This document shows positions 17,673-27,554 of a stretch of 64,000 bases of DNA, piece after piece. The position numbers and the translations under genes were made by a program. This stretch comes from a virus. Under the pieces are notes generated by a model. That model worked only from the letters and a program-made list of their open reading frames with translations, had not been told where the DNA came from and ran no database searches. The stretch covers positions 1-64,000 of the IMG/VR virus record IMGVR_UViG_3300007522_000367; one strand, 5' to 3'. Numbering within the stretch: position 1 is the first letter of the stretch; each line of letters opens with the position of its first letter.

Positions 17673-18758
17673 ATGGAAATCTCCACACTTCGTACCGTTA
17701 CTCCTAACAGCGCAAAGAAAAGCATTGTACGTGCTTTTAAGAAAAAGCGTCCGTTGTTCCTTTGGGGTCCTCCAGGTATTGGTAAATCAGATATTGTTCA
17801 TCAGATTGGTGAACAAATGGAAGCCAAAGTTATTGATATTCGTTTGAGCCTTTGGGAACCTACAGACATCAAAGGTATTCCGTACTTTGATCCAAATCAG
17901 CACAAAATGGTTTGGGGTGCTCCTAGCGAGTTGCCAGATGCTGAAATGGCATCTAAATATAAATTCATTATTCTTTTCCTAGACGAAATGAACTCAGCGG
18001 CTCCTAGTGTACAAGCGGCAGCATATCAGTTGATTTTGAATCGCAAAGTTGGACAGTATACATTACCAGATAATGTTCTTATTATTGCCGCTGGTAACCG
18101 TGAAGCTGATAAGGGCGTTACGTACCGTATGCCTGCTCCGTTGGCTAACCGCTTTGTACACTTAGAACTTGCAGTATCATTTGATGACTGGTTCCAGTGG
18201 GCAGTTGATAACAAAGTACACCGCGATGTTGTAGGTTACTTGACATTTGCAAAGAAAGACTTGTACGACTTTGATCCTAAGAGCCCAAGTCGTTCGTTTG
18301 CTACTCCTCGTTCATGGACGTTTGTTAGTGAATTGCTTGAAGATGATGACGATGACACCACTACTACTGATTTAGTTAGTGGCGCAGTAGGCGAAGGTCT
18401 TGCTGTAAAATTTATGGCACATCGTCAAGTGTCGGCAACAATGCCTAATCCTACTGATATTTTAGAGGGCAAAGTTAAAGAGATGAAGTCAAAAGAAATT
18501 AGTGCTATGTACTCTTTAACTGTGTCTTTGTGCTATGAGCTTAAAGAAGCATGCGACAAGAACGATAAAAAGTTTGATGCCAAAGTAAATAACTTCCTGC
18601 GCTTTGCAATGGATAACTTTGAGACTGAGCTAGTTGTTATGGGTATTAAACTTGCTCTTACACAGTATGCTTTGCCTATTGACCCAGATGAAACTGAGTG
18701 CTTTGACGAGTTTCATACACGTTATGGTAAGTATATTACTGCCGCTCAACAAGCGTAA
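17673..18758 (+). CDS. MoxR-like AAA+ ATPase
   Basis: Walker A GPPGIGKS, Walker B LFLDE, AAGN, LANRF, TPRSW. Confidence 0.9.
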   Translation: MEISTLRTVTPNSAKKSIVRAFKKKRPLFLWGPPGIGKSDIVHQIGEQMEAKVIDIRLSLWEPTDIKGIPYFDPNQHKMVWGAPSELPDAEMASKYKFIILFLDEMNSAAPSVQAAAYQLILNRKVGQYTLPDNVLIIAAGNREADKGVTYRMPAPLANRFVHLELAVSFDDWFQWAVDNKVHRDVVGYLTFAKKDLYDFDPKSPSRSFATPRSWTFVSELLEDDDDDTTTTDLVSGAVGEGLAVKFMAHRQVSATMPNPTDILEGKVKEMKSKEISAMYSLTVSLCYELKEACDKNDKKFDAKVNNFLRFAMDNFETELVVMGIKLALTQYALPIDPDETECFDEFHTRYGKYITAAQQA

Positions 18759-18770
18759 CCATAAAAGAGT

Positions 18771-18800
18771 TTGGGCGTTCTCAATAAAAACGTCCATTTT
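18771..18800 (+). terminator. Possible intrinsic terminator
   Basis: TGGGCGTT...AACGTCCA stem (one G-U pair) followed by TTTT. Confidence 0.4.
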
Positions 18801-18803
18801 CAC

Positions 18804-18832
18804 TTGACTTTTCCTGTAAAGTAATATATAAT
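18804..18832 (+). promoter_or_regulatory. sigma70-type promoter upstream of the VWA gene
   Basis: TTGACT-17 nt-TATAAT. Confidence 0.75.
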
Positions 18833-18862
18833 ACATACATAACAGTTAAAAAGGAATGCAAA

Positions 18863-20143
18863 ATGAGCGTCACAGGCAAGAAAAATTGGCAACCTAAAGA
18901 GCTTACTGAAGAACAACTTAGATTGATGCGAGTTGATGTACTTGATCGTATCATTGTAGCTCGTGTTGGATTGCTGTTACGTCATCCATTTTTTGGTAAT
19001 ATGGCAACTCGTTTGCAGATCAAAAGTGCAGATGATTGGTTAGGTACTGCTGCCGTAGACGGACGTAACTTGTATTTTAATACTCAATTCTTTAATGCAA
19101 TGTCAAACAAAGAAATTGAGTTTGTTATTGCACACGAGATTCTACACTGCGTCTTTGACCACTTAACTCGTAGACAAGACCGTATTCCAAAAATTTATAA
19201 TATTGCCGCAGACTATATTGTAAATAATTTGCTTGTGCGAGATCGTATTGGTACTAAGCCAACATTTATTGACTGCTACCAAGACTTTAAATACGACAAA
19301 TGGTCTTCAGAAGACGTATATGACGACATCTTTGAAGACGCTAAGAATAAAGGTGAAGAGTTTCTTAAACAACTTGGCGAACTACTAGACGAGCATATCG
19401 ACTGGGAAGGTGAAGACGGCAATCCTGGCGGTAGCGGAGCCGACGGTAAAGAAAGCAAAAGCCGTCCTACATATTCTAAAGAAGAACTGAAAAAGATCAA
19501 AGACGAGATCAAAGAAAACATGATTTCGGCGGCGCAATCATCAGGTGCAGGTAATACACCAGGCGAAGTACAGCGTATGATCAAAGAGCTTACTGAGCCT
19601 AAGATGAACTGGCGCGAAATACTGCGTCAACAAATCCAAAGTACTATACGCAACGATTACACCTTTAGCCGGCCAAGCCGTAAAGGACAAATGACTGGTG
19701 CCATTTTGCCAGGAATGAACTTTGATGAAACTATTGATATTTGTATTGCACTTGATATGAGTGGCTCAATCGGTAACGATCAAGCAAAGGACTTCCTAAG
19801 CGAAATTAAAGGCATTATGGACGAATACAAAGACTACAACATTAAATTGTGGTGCTTTGATACTAAGGTCTATAACGAGCAAGACTTTAGTGCAGACGGC
19901 GGCGATGATTTGTCATCCTACGAAATTATTGGCGGCGGCGGTACTGATTTTGATGCTAACTGGGAGTACATGAAATATAATGATATTCAACCTAAGAAGT
20001 TTATTATGTTTACAGATGGATATCCTTGGAATAGCTGGGGTGATGAATCGTATTGCGATACTATCTTTATTATCCATAGTCATAGTGATAAGAACTTGCA
20101 GGCACCGTTTGGACTAACAGCACATTACGAGGAAACGGCTTGA
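18863..20143 (+). CDS. Metallopeptidase-like + VWA domain protein (DUF2201-like), MoxR partner
   Basis: AHEILH (HExxH); MIDAS DMSGS...GGGTDF...FTDG. Confidence 0.88.
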   Translation: MSVTGKKNWQPKELTEEQLRLMRVDVLDRIIVARVGLLLRHPFFGNMATRLQIKSADDWLGTAAVDGRNLYFNTQFFNAMSNKEIEFVIAHEILHCVFDHLTRRQDRIPKIYNIAADYIVNNLLVRDRIGTKPTFIDCYQDFKYDKWSSEDVYDDIFEDAKNKGEEFLKQLGELLDEHIDWEGEDGNPGGSGADGKESKSRPTYSKEELKKIKDEIKENMISAAQSSGAGNTPGEVQRMIKELTEPKMNWREILRQQIQSTIRNDYTFSRPSRKGQMTGAILPGMNFDETIDICIALDMSGSIGNDQAKDFLSEIKGIMDEYKDYNIKLWCFDTKVYNEQDFSADGGDDLSSYEIIGGGGTDFDANWEYMKYNDIQPKKFIMFTDGYPWNSWGDESYCDTIFIIHSHSDKNLQAPFGLTAHYEETA

Positions 20144-20418
20144 AACTAAAAGAAGTCAATGCATTAAACTTTTTTGAAATACGGAGAGCAAATTTACCTG
20201 CTCCGCATTTTGAATACATTCTTTTGCCTACAAGATACAACTTAGACCAAAGTCTAGTTAAATGGATAGAACAACATCTTAAAGGTAGATTTTATGTAGG
20301 CAAGGCTGTTGCAGTATCTAGTAGCAACAGTATTGAGAACATGACTAAAGTTGGATTTGAGGAAGCTAAAGAAATTTCTTATTTCACTTTGGCGTGTCCG
20401 TATTTGAAATACAATTAA
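20140..20418 (+). CDS. Hypothetical protein
   Basis: GAGG SD with a TTG start overlapping the previous stop. Confidence 0.65.
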   Translation: MKLKEVNALNFFEIRRANLPAPHFEYILLPTRYNLDQSLVKWIEQHLKGRFYVGKAVAVSSSNSIENMTKVGFEEAKEISYFTLACPYLKYN

Positions 20419-20451
20419 ATATAATATAAATTACATAACAGGAGAAAAATT

Positions 20452-20679
20452 ATGTCCGAAGAAGTTAAAGAAGCAGCAGCTACCCCCTTAAAAGAAGCAG
20501 CAGCTACCCCAGAGCTAACAGTTAATGACTTAACTACAATTAAACAAGTTATTGACGTAGCAAGTCAGCGCGGTGCATTTAAGACAAGCGAAATGGTAGC
20601 AGTTGGCACCATTTACAATAAACTAGAATCATTCTTGGCAGCAGTTGCGGCACAACAAGAAGCACCTAAAGGAGAATAA
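20452..20679 (+). CDS. Hypothetical protein
   Basis: AGGAG SD; IDVASQRGAFK. Confidence 0.75.
   Translation: MSEEVKEAAATPLKEAAATPELTVNDLTTIKQVIDVASQRGAFKTSEMVAVGTIYNKLESFLAAVAAQQEAPKGE
20467..20510 (+). repeat. Tandem in-frame duplication with 24-nt period (KEAAATPL/KEAAATPE)
   Basis: AAAGAAGCAGCAGCTACCCC at 20467 and again at 20491. Confidence 0.9.
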
Positions 20680-20681
20680 CA

Positions 20682-21311
20682 ATGGCTGATACAAAACACG
20701 TAGGTCGTATTGCTAAAACTAGAAAAAAATGCGGCGTAGTATATCGAGTAGTACCCGGTGAACCAGAAAACTGTGTCATAGTATTGACTGAAAGTTTAGA
20801 AGCAGCTGATCATGACTCGCTTATTAATTTAATTAATTCAGCTACTGCACAAGATGCATACGAACTTGGCGAAGCAATGGCAAGATCACAATTGTCCGAT
20901 GGTAGTAATATGCTTGCCCGTTTCCACACCACAGGTAGAATGCAAAAAGTTGCTACTAACTTGGTAGAAATGACCCCTAATAACAATGCATCTATTAACT
21001 TAGCAGAACTTAATAACATTATTGCCCAACAAAAAGGTGTAACTGTTGCAGATCTTGCACTAGGTGGTGCTAAACCACAAGTAGCAAATACGGGTGTAGC
21101 TAATGCAGCTGATGCATATGTTACACCAAGTATGGCAGCAATGGACGAAGCGGTTACAACTAATGATGGTATTTTGGATGACGAAAGTTTAGCTAAACAA
21201 CTACGCTCGCAAGCTGATGCAATGTTTAAAGAGGCACAGCGGTTACGCAGCGAAGCAGAAGAACTTGCTCCTACCAAAAAAACAACTAAGAAAACTGCCG
21301 AGAGTGCCTAA
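20682..21311 (+). CDS. Hypothetical protein
   Basis: GGAG SD; coiled-coil C-terminus. Confidence 0.75.
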   Translation: MADTKHVGRIAKTRKKCGVVYRVVPGEPENCVIVLTESLEAADHDSLINLINSATAQDAYELGEAMARSQLSDGSNMLARFHTTGRMQKVATNLVEMTPNNNASINLAELNNIIAQQKGVTVADLALGGAKPQVANTGVANAADAYVTPSMAAMDEAVTTNDGILDDESLAKQLRSQADAMFKEAQRLRSEAEELAPTKKTTKKTAESA

Positions 21312-21615
21312 GGGTAAGAAACTTCCACCAGGTGTTGTTGATACATGGCCTGAGGTTTTTAGCGAAATTAATGTTGATGTTGTACCAATTGAATATTTGC
21401 ACAGCATTAATGTCAAGTTTAAAGATGGAAAGATCTGGGAAATTGATGTTAAAAGATCTCGCGAAAAAAAGAACGTAGACATCGAATTGGCTCTAGAAGA
21501 ACTATTCGAGCAATACGAAGATGTTATCGATAGTATTGATTTTAGACTAGATACTGAGAAAGTTAAGTACGATATTAAAAAGCGTACAGCATTATTTATG
21601 AAGAAGCGTAAGTAA
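21304..21615 (+). CDS. Hypothetical protein
   Basis: Probable GTG start overlapping the previous gene; WPEVF...VPIEYL. Confidence 0.6.
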   Translation: MPKGKKLPPGVVDTWPEVFSEINVDVVPIEYLHSINVKFKDGKIWEIDVKRSREKKNVDIELALEELFEQYEDVIDSIDFRLDTEKVKYDIKKRTALFMKKRK

Positions 21616-21631
21616 TCTTTCAGTCAAAGGC

Positions 21632-21638
21632 ATAAATA
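21632..21638 (+). promoter_or_regulatory. T4-type late promoter-like ATAAATA
   Basis: Upstream of a fibre gene that has an AGGAG SD. Confidence 0.6.
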
Positions 21639-21668
21639 CTAGTAACAATATTATCCAGGAGTTAATAG

Positions 21669-22973
21669 ATGGCCTTACAAGTAAGACGCGGTACTAATAC
21701 AGAAAGATTAGGAATCACCCCCTTAGCAGGTGAATTAGTATATACAACAGACACAAAACAGCTATACGTAGGTGACGGTTCTACTGCTGGAGGTATTACT
21801 AGCATTTCAGGAACAATTGATTCTGTATTAGCTGATACTACTCCGCAACTAGGTGGTGACTTAGATCTAAACAGTCATAACATTACAGGTACTGGTAATA
21901 TTAACATTACAGGTACAATTACTGCTACAGGAAATATTAACCTAGGTGACGGTATTGGTAGTGATATTGTTGTGTTTGGTGGAGCAATACAAGGACATCT
22001 TGTACCAGATACTGACATTACTTGGAATTTAGGGTCTCCTACAAAACAATTTAATGAAGTATGGATTAGTCAACTTAATGTTGAAAATCAACTAACTGTA
22101 GGTCGCATTATGGGCAACTTAATTGCAGACGATAGTACTGTAGTTTTTGATGCAACTGCCGGAACATTGCTTGCAAGCACATTAACTGGCTCTGCTACAA
22201 TTAACGTAACAGGCGACTTAACTGGTAGCGTATTTGGTGATGACAGTACACTAATAGTCGACGGTATAAACAAGACTGTACTTGTTGATGTTAGTAATAT
22301 TACTACTACAAGTTCAACATATACACAAGGCGCAAATATTCGTGTCGGCGGGACAGGCGATGGAAACCTAATATTGCTTCAAGACAACTTATCTTCTGCA
22401 ACATTAATTATAACAACCGAAGATACTGCTGGCGTAGTAGTAATTCCTAGACCTGTACAAATAGGAAGTTCATCTTCACTTATTCCTAACATTACTATTA
22501 CTGTTCCTCACGGTACACCAAACAGTCCAGGATTAACAATTGCTGGCTCATTTGATACTGCTGGTTCCGCTTTTGCATCGGTTAGTAGATCAAGAGGAAC
22601 TAAGGCTGCGCCAACAGCAGTACAAACCGGCGATAGTCTAGGTGCGTTTTTATTAACAGGTTATAACGGTGTTGCTTATAGACTTGCAGGTGGTATTAGA
22701 TCTATCGCTGCTGGCGCACCGCAAGCAACATATATACCAGCAAACGTTGAATTATTTGTTGCCGGAGATGATGGCGCAGGCGAAGCTGCTCTTAGAGTAA
22801 GACGTGATCAGAAGGTTACTGAACTATTAGGCCCAATGAAACTTGTGCCGTTTACTACCGCAGAAAGAAATGCACTAACTCCAGAAGAAGGTATGGTTAT
22901 ATTTAATACTGACACAACAATAGCACAAGTATATGCTAATAGTGCATGGCGTGATATGAACGTAGCAGCTTAA
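21669..22973 (+). CDS. Virion fibre / tail-associated structural protein
   Basis: N-terminal MALQVRRGT...GELVYTTDTKQLYVGDG (Mtd/hyaluronidase-like N-domain), DTTPQLGGDLD, G/T-rich beta repeats, C-terminal TTAERNAL...GMVIFNTDT. Confidence 0.75.
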   Translation: MALQVRRGTNTERLGITPLAGELVYTTDTKQLYVGDGSTAGGITSISGTIDSVLADTTPQLGGDLDLNSHNITGTGNINITGTITATGNINLGDGIGSDIVVFGGAIQGHLVPDTDITWNLGSPTKQFNEVWISQLNVENQLTVGRIMGNLIADDSTVVFDATAGTLLASTLTGSATINVTGDLTGSVFGDDSTLIVDGINKTVLVDVSNITTTSSTYTQGANIRVGGTGDGNLILLQDNLSSATLIITTEDTAGVVVIPRPVQIGSSSSLIPNITITVPHGTPNSPGLTIAGSFDTAGSAFASVSRSRGTKAAPTAVQTGDSLGAFLLTGYNGVAYRLAGGIRSIAAGAPQATYIPANVELFVAGDDGAGEAALRVRRDQKVTELLGPMKLVPFTTAERNALTPEEGMVIFNTDTTIAQVYANSAWRDMNVAA

Positions 22974-22996
22974 TAGTAGTTATAGTACTTTAACCA

Positions 22997-23023
22997 AATA
23001 GAGCTTATGGGCTCTATTCTTTT
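22997..23023 (+). terminator. Intrinsic terminator after the fibre gene
   Basis: AATAGAGC-ttatgg-GCTCTATT followed by CTTTT. Confidence 0.7.
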
Positions 23024-23037
23024 GACTAAGTAATTGT

Positions 23038-23463
23038 ATGATAATATTAAAACAAGAAATTACAGAACACAATAGAAATGCTACTTCAGTAGACGATTTT
23101 TATTATAGAGGAACTGAATTTGAGCACAGCGGTGGCACAGGTATCCGTTCATTAGCTATGCAGTATCTTCGAGACAGGAAAATTATAGATAGAAGACTTA
23201 TCTTAAAGAACAATGGCAATACCCTAGAAATTACAACTATGTTCGTAAACAAACAGTATTACTTAGAATTTTTACAAGATGATTTACAAAAAGAAGCAAT
23301 GCAATTTTTTACACAGCGTCAATGGGAAACAAAGACTGAAACTTACGAGGCACAAGACGAACTTAGTATACTAGCAAATGCACATAGAAACATTATTGAT
23401 AGTTTTAAAAATATGTCTTTAGAACAAATAGTAGAACGAATTAAACAACTACAAGGCAAATAA
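23038..23463 (+). CDS. Hypothetical protein
   Basis: 141 aa ORF; TAAGTA 5 nt upstream; no SD. Confidence 0.65.
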   Translation: MIILKQEITEHNRNATSVDDFYYRGTEFEHSGGTGIRSLAMQYLRDRKIIDRRLILKNNGNTLEITTMFVNKQYYLEFLQDDLQKEAMQFFTQRQWETKTETYEAQDELSILANAHRNIIDSFKNMSLEQIVERIKQLQGK

Positions 23464-23464
23464 A

Positions 23465-24211
23465 ATGAATAAATTTCTTATAACTGGTATACCGCGAAGT
23501 GGAACAACTATAATTGTCAAGACATTAGCTAAATTAAATGATGTCGAAGTATACAATGACCAGGATGGTTTTGGAGAACCGTTTAAAATAGTTAACAAAA
23601 AATTAGATTTAAATCCATATTTACGTCTAACAGCAGTTGAAGATAAATGTAATTCAAAATATTTTGGATTTAAATGTTTCCCCGGCGACTTATTAGATAT
23701 TAATCAATTAAATGAACAACGTAATTATAAAACATTTGCAATTATAAGAAAAGATATTTGGAAGGCTTTATTCAGTTATTGTGTTGCTAAAACAAAATTT
23801 GTCAGAGATAGTACAGACATATTTAAACATAGTTCAACATTACACACACAGCGTCCTTTACAAATTTATATCGATGACTGGCAAAGTCCACTAAATCAAA
23901 TGATAAGACATTCTTATTTTTGGAGAGTAAAATCGTGTTATGAATTTGAAACACAGTGGAAAAATACAGATATAATTTATTTTGAAGATTTAATCAAACC
24001 AAATGCAAGCTTCGAGTGTTTAAATGAGTACTTTGGACAAGAAATAATTTTCAATTTAGATTACGACGATAGTCATGACACCGAGTCGTATTACGCTAAC
24101 TTTAGTCCAGAAGTTTTATCTAAATTGTCTAAACATATGTTAAGTACGATAGTTCTTCCATATGACTGTCCTGACTATATTAAACAGTCTATATATAAAT
24201 TTATAAAATAA
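23465..24211 (+). CDS. Sulfotransferase-like protein (Stf0/NodH-like)
   Basis: PAPS-binding ITGIPRSGTT, FGFK, IIRKD...S, IYFEDL. Confidence 0.75.
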   Translation: MNKFLITGIPRSGTTIIVKTLAKLNDVEVYNDQDGFGEPFKIVNKKLDLNPYLRLTAVEDKCNSKYFGFKCFPGDLLDINQLNEQRNYKTFAIIRKDIWKALFSYCVAKTKFVRDSTDIFKHSSTLHTQRPLQIYIDDWQSPLNQMIRHSYFWRVKSCYEFETQWKNTDIIYFEDLIKPNASFECLNEYFGQEIIFNLDYDDSHDTESYYANFSPEVLSKLSKHMLSTIVLPYDCPDYIKQSIYKFIK

Positions 24212-24214
24212 TAC

Positions 24215-24243
24215 TTGACAATATATTGCAGATCAAGTATAAT
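24215..24243 (+). promoter_or_regulatory. Consensus sigma70-type promoter for panD (leaderless geometry)
   Basis: TTGACA-17 nt-TATAAT; ATG lies 7 nt after the -10 box. Confidence 0.75.
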
Positions 24244-24249
24244 AAATGT

Positions 24250-24600
24250 ATGAAAGAATACATACACGGTAAAATACATAATATAAGCGTAACTGCTAAA
24301 TCAATTAACTATCATGGTAGCGTAACTGTTTGCTCGTATCTGTTAGAACAAGCAGGTATAGACCACTATCAAAAAGTAGATATTGTAAATCTACATAATG
24401 GACTTAGATGGACTACATATACTGTCCCAGGTCCTTTAGGATCATTTGAACTAAATGGTGGTGGCGCTAGGTTAGGTGAAATTGGCGATAAATGTGTAGT
24501 TATCGCATACGAGATGAAAGAGCAATTCGTTGGTTCAAAGGTAATTTTTTGTACTACCTACAACGGAGTAGAAGAAGTTATTGACTACCCTTTGCTTTAA
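24250..24600 (+). CDS. panD: Aspartate 1-decarboxylase (pyruvoyl enzyme)
   Basis: KIH...YHG|SVT self-cleavage site, NGLRWTTY, LNGGGAR, GD. Confidence 0.9.
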   Translation: MKEYIHGKIHNISVTAKSINYHGSVTVCSYLLEQAGIDHYQKVDIVNLHNGLRWTTYTVPGPLGSFELNGGGARLGEIGDKCVVIAYEMKEQFVGSKVIFCTTYNGVEEVIDYPLL

Positions 24601-25336
24601 TAAACGGTAAAAAGATTACACTAGGGTCAAATTCGTTTTTTGAAGCAAAACTATAATTGCTAGGAGTGTTGTGATGATTATTATGTAATGCTTGTCCCCA
24701 TGTAAGCAATCCTAATAGTTTAAGATTATAAGAATTATCTGTAGTTTCATGACTTCTATAACCAAACCACCCACTGTGGCAACTAATATTAACAATTGCT
24801 TCTTGATGGAAACTCCATGCTGCTGGTACTATCCAAAACCATAAAGTAAAGGTAGGAACAGTTAACAGTCCTACTACTAATACGCTCCAAATAATAAAAA
24901 TATAATATTTGTTTAAGAATAGATGAAATGAATTTTTATATATGTCTTTGACATGTCTAGGATTTATGTTATCTATACTTTTAGAATGAAGCCATCCAAT
25001 GTACGCATGAAACAATCCGTCTTTGGGACTATGCGGATCGCCCTTAGCGTCTGCATGTTTGTGATGCATGCCTCTATGAACACCCGCCCACCATATTGGT
25101 GTTCCTTGAGCACATAATGTTGCTAATACTAATAAAGGTTTTTCTAACCAAGGTTTTAGTTCTATTGATTTGTGAGATACGTACCTATGTAATATAGTTG
25201 CGGATCCTAATCCGCAAAATGTAATCCATCCTAGTAGTAAGTAAATCCAGTTAATTTCTGTAAAAAATATTGCAAATAGTGCAACTAACTGCACGACATA
25301 AAATACAAAAAATAAACTACTATTTTTCTTTGACAT
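24578..25336 (-). CDS. Membrane fatty-acid desaturase (delta-9-like)
   Basis: His boxes HRYVSH, HRGMHH, HNNHH; DPHSP; TM segments. Confidence 0.9.
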   Translation of the reverse strand: MSKKNSSLFFVFYVVQLVALFAIFFTEINWIYLLLGWITFCGLGSATILHRYVSHKSIELKPWLEKPLLVLATLCAQGTPIWWAGVHRGMHHKHADAKGDPHSPKDGLFHAYIGWLHSKSIDNINPRHVKDIYKNSFHLFLNKYYIFIIWSVLVVGLLTVPTFTLWFWIVPAAWSFHQEAIVNISCHSGWFGYRSHETTDNSYNLKLLGLLTWGQALHNNHHNTPSNYSFASKNEFDPSVIFLPFIKAKGSQ

Positions 25337-26163
25337 TAGTATCCACCTTCGTTGTCTTTGATGTGTTGTAAAAACGGAACAACGTCAAATTGTTCAGTCA
25401 TTCTTCCTCTTATAGAATTAGTGTCTTCGTCGAACCCGTCAGACACTCCGTTCCAATTAGTTAAATTTATTCTAAATCCTTTATGCTTTATAGCATAACT
25501 ATATTGGTTATCTTCTAAAGTTCTAATATTTTCAATTTTTAATTTTTCACAAACTAAGTTCTTAAGTTCTGTAAATTTATAAGTATCGTTGGTCATGTAC
25601 CGACCAACCTGTCCAATGTTCCTATATTCTATACTTGTACCAGACTTTACATTTCTCTCTTTTAAATAATTAAATATTTTTTCTATTAGATGTTCGTTAA
25701 GACCTTTAACAATAATACAACCAATTGACAATCTTAAATTTAGATCAATTACATTATTAAGTGCTTTCATTTTTCCTTTAGCACATTTAGCAAGATCAGT
25801 TATTTCATATACACTGTCTTCGTCAAACCCAGTCATACTTAAATAAACAGTTTTTAATCCTGCATCTTTTAATAGATTTAGATATGCTTTGCTTGCTATT
25901 TTTAATCCGTTTGTCGCAATACTAGTACGATGTCCTTTTTCAACAGCATAAGCAATAATTTTATCCAAGTCGGGATGAAGTGTAGGTTCACCGCCTATAA
26001 ATCTAAATTCAGTTGGATAATCAAATTTATCAATAAAGGAAAACATTTTTTCTTTATCTATATCTGGATAAAGTCTATTGGGAAGATAACAGTTAGCACA
26101 TTCCATATTACATCTATGAACAATATCGCAGTATACTGATCTATATTTTAAATTAGTTATCAA
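25336..26163 (-). CDS. Radical SAM enzyme (MoaA-like core)
   Basis: CNMECANC, GGEPT, ATNG. Confidence 0.88.
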   Translation of the reverse strand: MITNLKYRSVYCDIVHRCNMECANCYLPNRLYPDIDKEKMFSFIDKFDYPTEFRFIGGEPTLHPDLDKIIAYAVEKGHRTSIATNGLKIASKAYLNLLKDAGLKTVYLSMTGFDEDSVYEITDLAKCAKGKMKALNNVIDLNLRLSIGCIIVKGLNEHLIEKIFNYLKERNVKSGTSIEYRNIGQVGRYMTNDTYKFTELKNLVCEKLKIENIRTLEDNQYSYAIKHKGFRINLTNWNGVSDGFDEDTNSIRGRMTEQFDVVPFLQHIKDNEGGY

Positions 26164-26309
26164 TTTGCACCTTTAATAATTTAACTGATCTTTATCATCA
26201 TATCTTAGTTCTGGAATTTCAAAAAAAGTTTCCATAGGATCATTATACGCCTTTTTGATTATATGTTATGATAAGTATTTAGTAATCATGAAAAGAGGTG
26301 TTAGCAGTT

Positions 26310-27554
26310 ATGAAACAAAAAATACTAGTTCCGAATCAAGGCATGCCTAATCAATTTTTTTTAAAAAGTTGTAGAGATCGCGGCATAGAATTAGATATTA
26401 TTGTTGATTTAAGTTACGTGCTCCTTACTGACGATGTGTTAAAACACGAACAAGTACTAGGTAATAAAATTGTTTTAAATGAAAAATTAAACAAACTTGT
26501 TATAACAGATAAAATTAAAGAACACTATCAAGACACACAGTTAGATTATATCTACCCTAGTTGGTTTGATTTTCGAATTATGGCTATGGCGCACATAAAC
26601 GAAAAACTAAACATACCGGGACTAGGCCTTGATGCTGCGTTAAAGATTTTTGACAAATTAACGTATCAAACTATTCTAGAAAAAGAAGGAATAACGCTAC
26701 CTAAAATTATTTCATGCTTAGATCCATATAGTGAGCAATATTTTTACAACAATGCCGTGTTTCCTCTAATTGCCAAACCAGTAAAAGGTACAGGTAGTTT
26801 AGGTGTAAAAGTATTACAAAGTACTAAAGAAGCAACTGACTTTTTTAAAGATTACGATACTCCGTTTAACTCTTTTTGCGAGAAAGGACAAACCGGATAC
26901 AAGCACTACGACTATCATTGTTTAGGTAGTTGCTATATACTACAGGAATATATAGACGGTGATCTAGTGAGCGTGTCAGGGCATGTAATAAACAACAAAG
27001 TAAATGTAGACCTAGTTTATGATATAAAAAGTTCAGAGCTTCCGTATCGAGCGGAAATAGGATTTACGTATCCAAGCAAACACAATAAAGAAAAATTAAC
27101 TACTATTATTAAAAAAATAATAAAAACGTTGGAGATAGATAACAGTCCCTTTATGATGGATTTTATTTACAAAGATACTACATTTTATTTGATAGACTTT
27201 TCTGCGAGGTTTAGTACTAGTACACAATATATTATGAACTATTTAGGCGAAAAAGATTATGCGTTTAACGTTGTAAATAAAATTTTAAACAATGTAGATT
27301 TTGATATTGATTTGCAAAACTGTATCAGTATAAGACACTTGCCTATTGAAAAAGGTAAAATCAAGTATATTAACATAGATACTACCGAATGTGTAACAGC
27401 ACAGTTGCCAAAAACGGGATCCCAGCACTATAGTTCAAGGATAGATGCTTACGCAGGAAACAAAGGATTTATAGTTGCAGAATCTAACGACTTATTGTCT
27501 TTAGAAGAAAAAGTTAATAGGATACTAAAAACATTGGAGGTAGAGTATGTTTAA
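26310..27554 (+). CDS. ATP-grasp ligase (L-amino-acid ligase-like)
   Basis: DKL...IAKPVKGTGSLGV, ILQEYIDG, FYLIDFSARF; C-terminal LAL-like domain. Confidence 0.85.
   Translation: MKQKILVPNQGMPNQFFLKSCRDRGIELDIIVDLSYVLLTDDVLKHEQVLGNKIVLNEKLNKLVITDKIKEHYQDTQLDYIYPSWFDFRIMAMAHINEKLNIPGLGLDAALKIFDKLTYQTILEKEGITLPKIISCLDPYSEQYFYNNAVFPLIAKPVKGTGSLGVKVLQSTKEATDFFKDYDTPFNSFCEKGQTGYKHYDYHCLGSCYILQEYIDGDLVSVSGHVINNKVNVDLVYDIKSSELPYRAEIGFTYPSKHNKEKLTTIIKKIIKTLEIDNSPFMMDFIYKDTTFYLIDFSARFSTSTQYIMNYLGEKDYAFNVVNKILNNVDFDIDLQNCISIRHLPIEKGKIKYINIDTTECVTAQLPKTGSQHYSSRIDAYAGNKGFIVAESNDLLSLEEKVNRILKTLEVEYV

Noticed and set aside
20467-20510. Direct repeat as a CRISPR or att site
   Set aside because: Only two copies, in frame inside a low-complexity N-terminus; a simple coding duplication.
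21669-22973. Diversity-generating retroelement target (Mtd-like N-terminus)
   Set aside because: No reverse transcriptase and no TR/VR repeat pair seen in the window.
25336-26163. moaA / molybdopterin synthesis
   Set aside because: No C-terminal CxxC...C cluster and no moaC; only the radical SAM core resembles MoaA.
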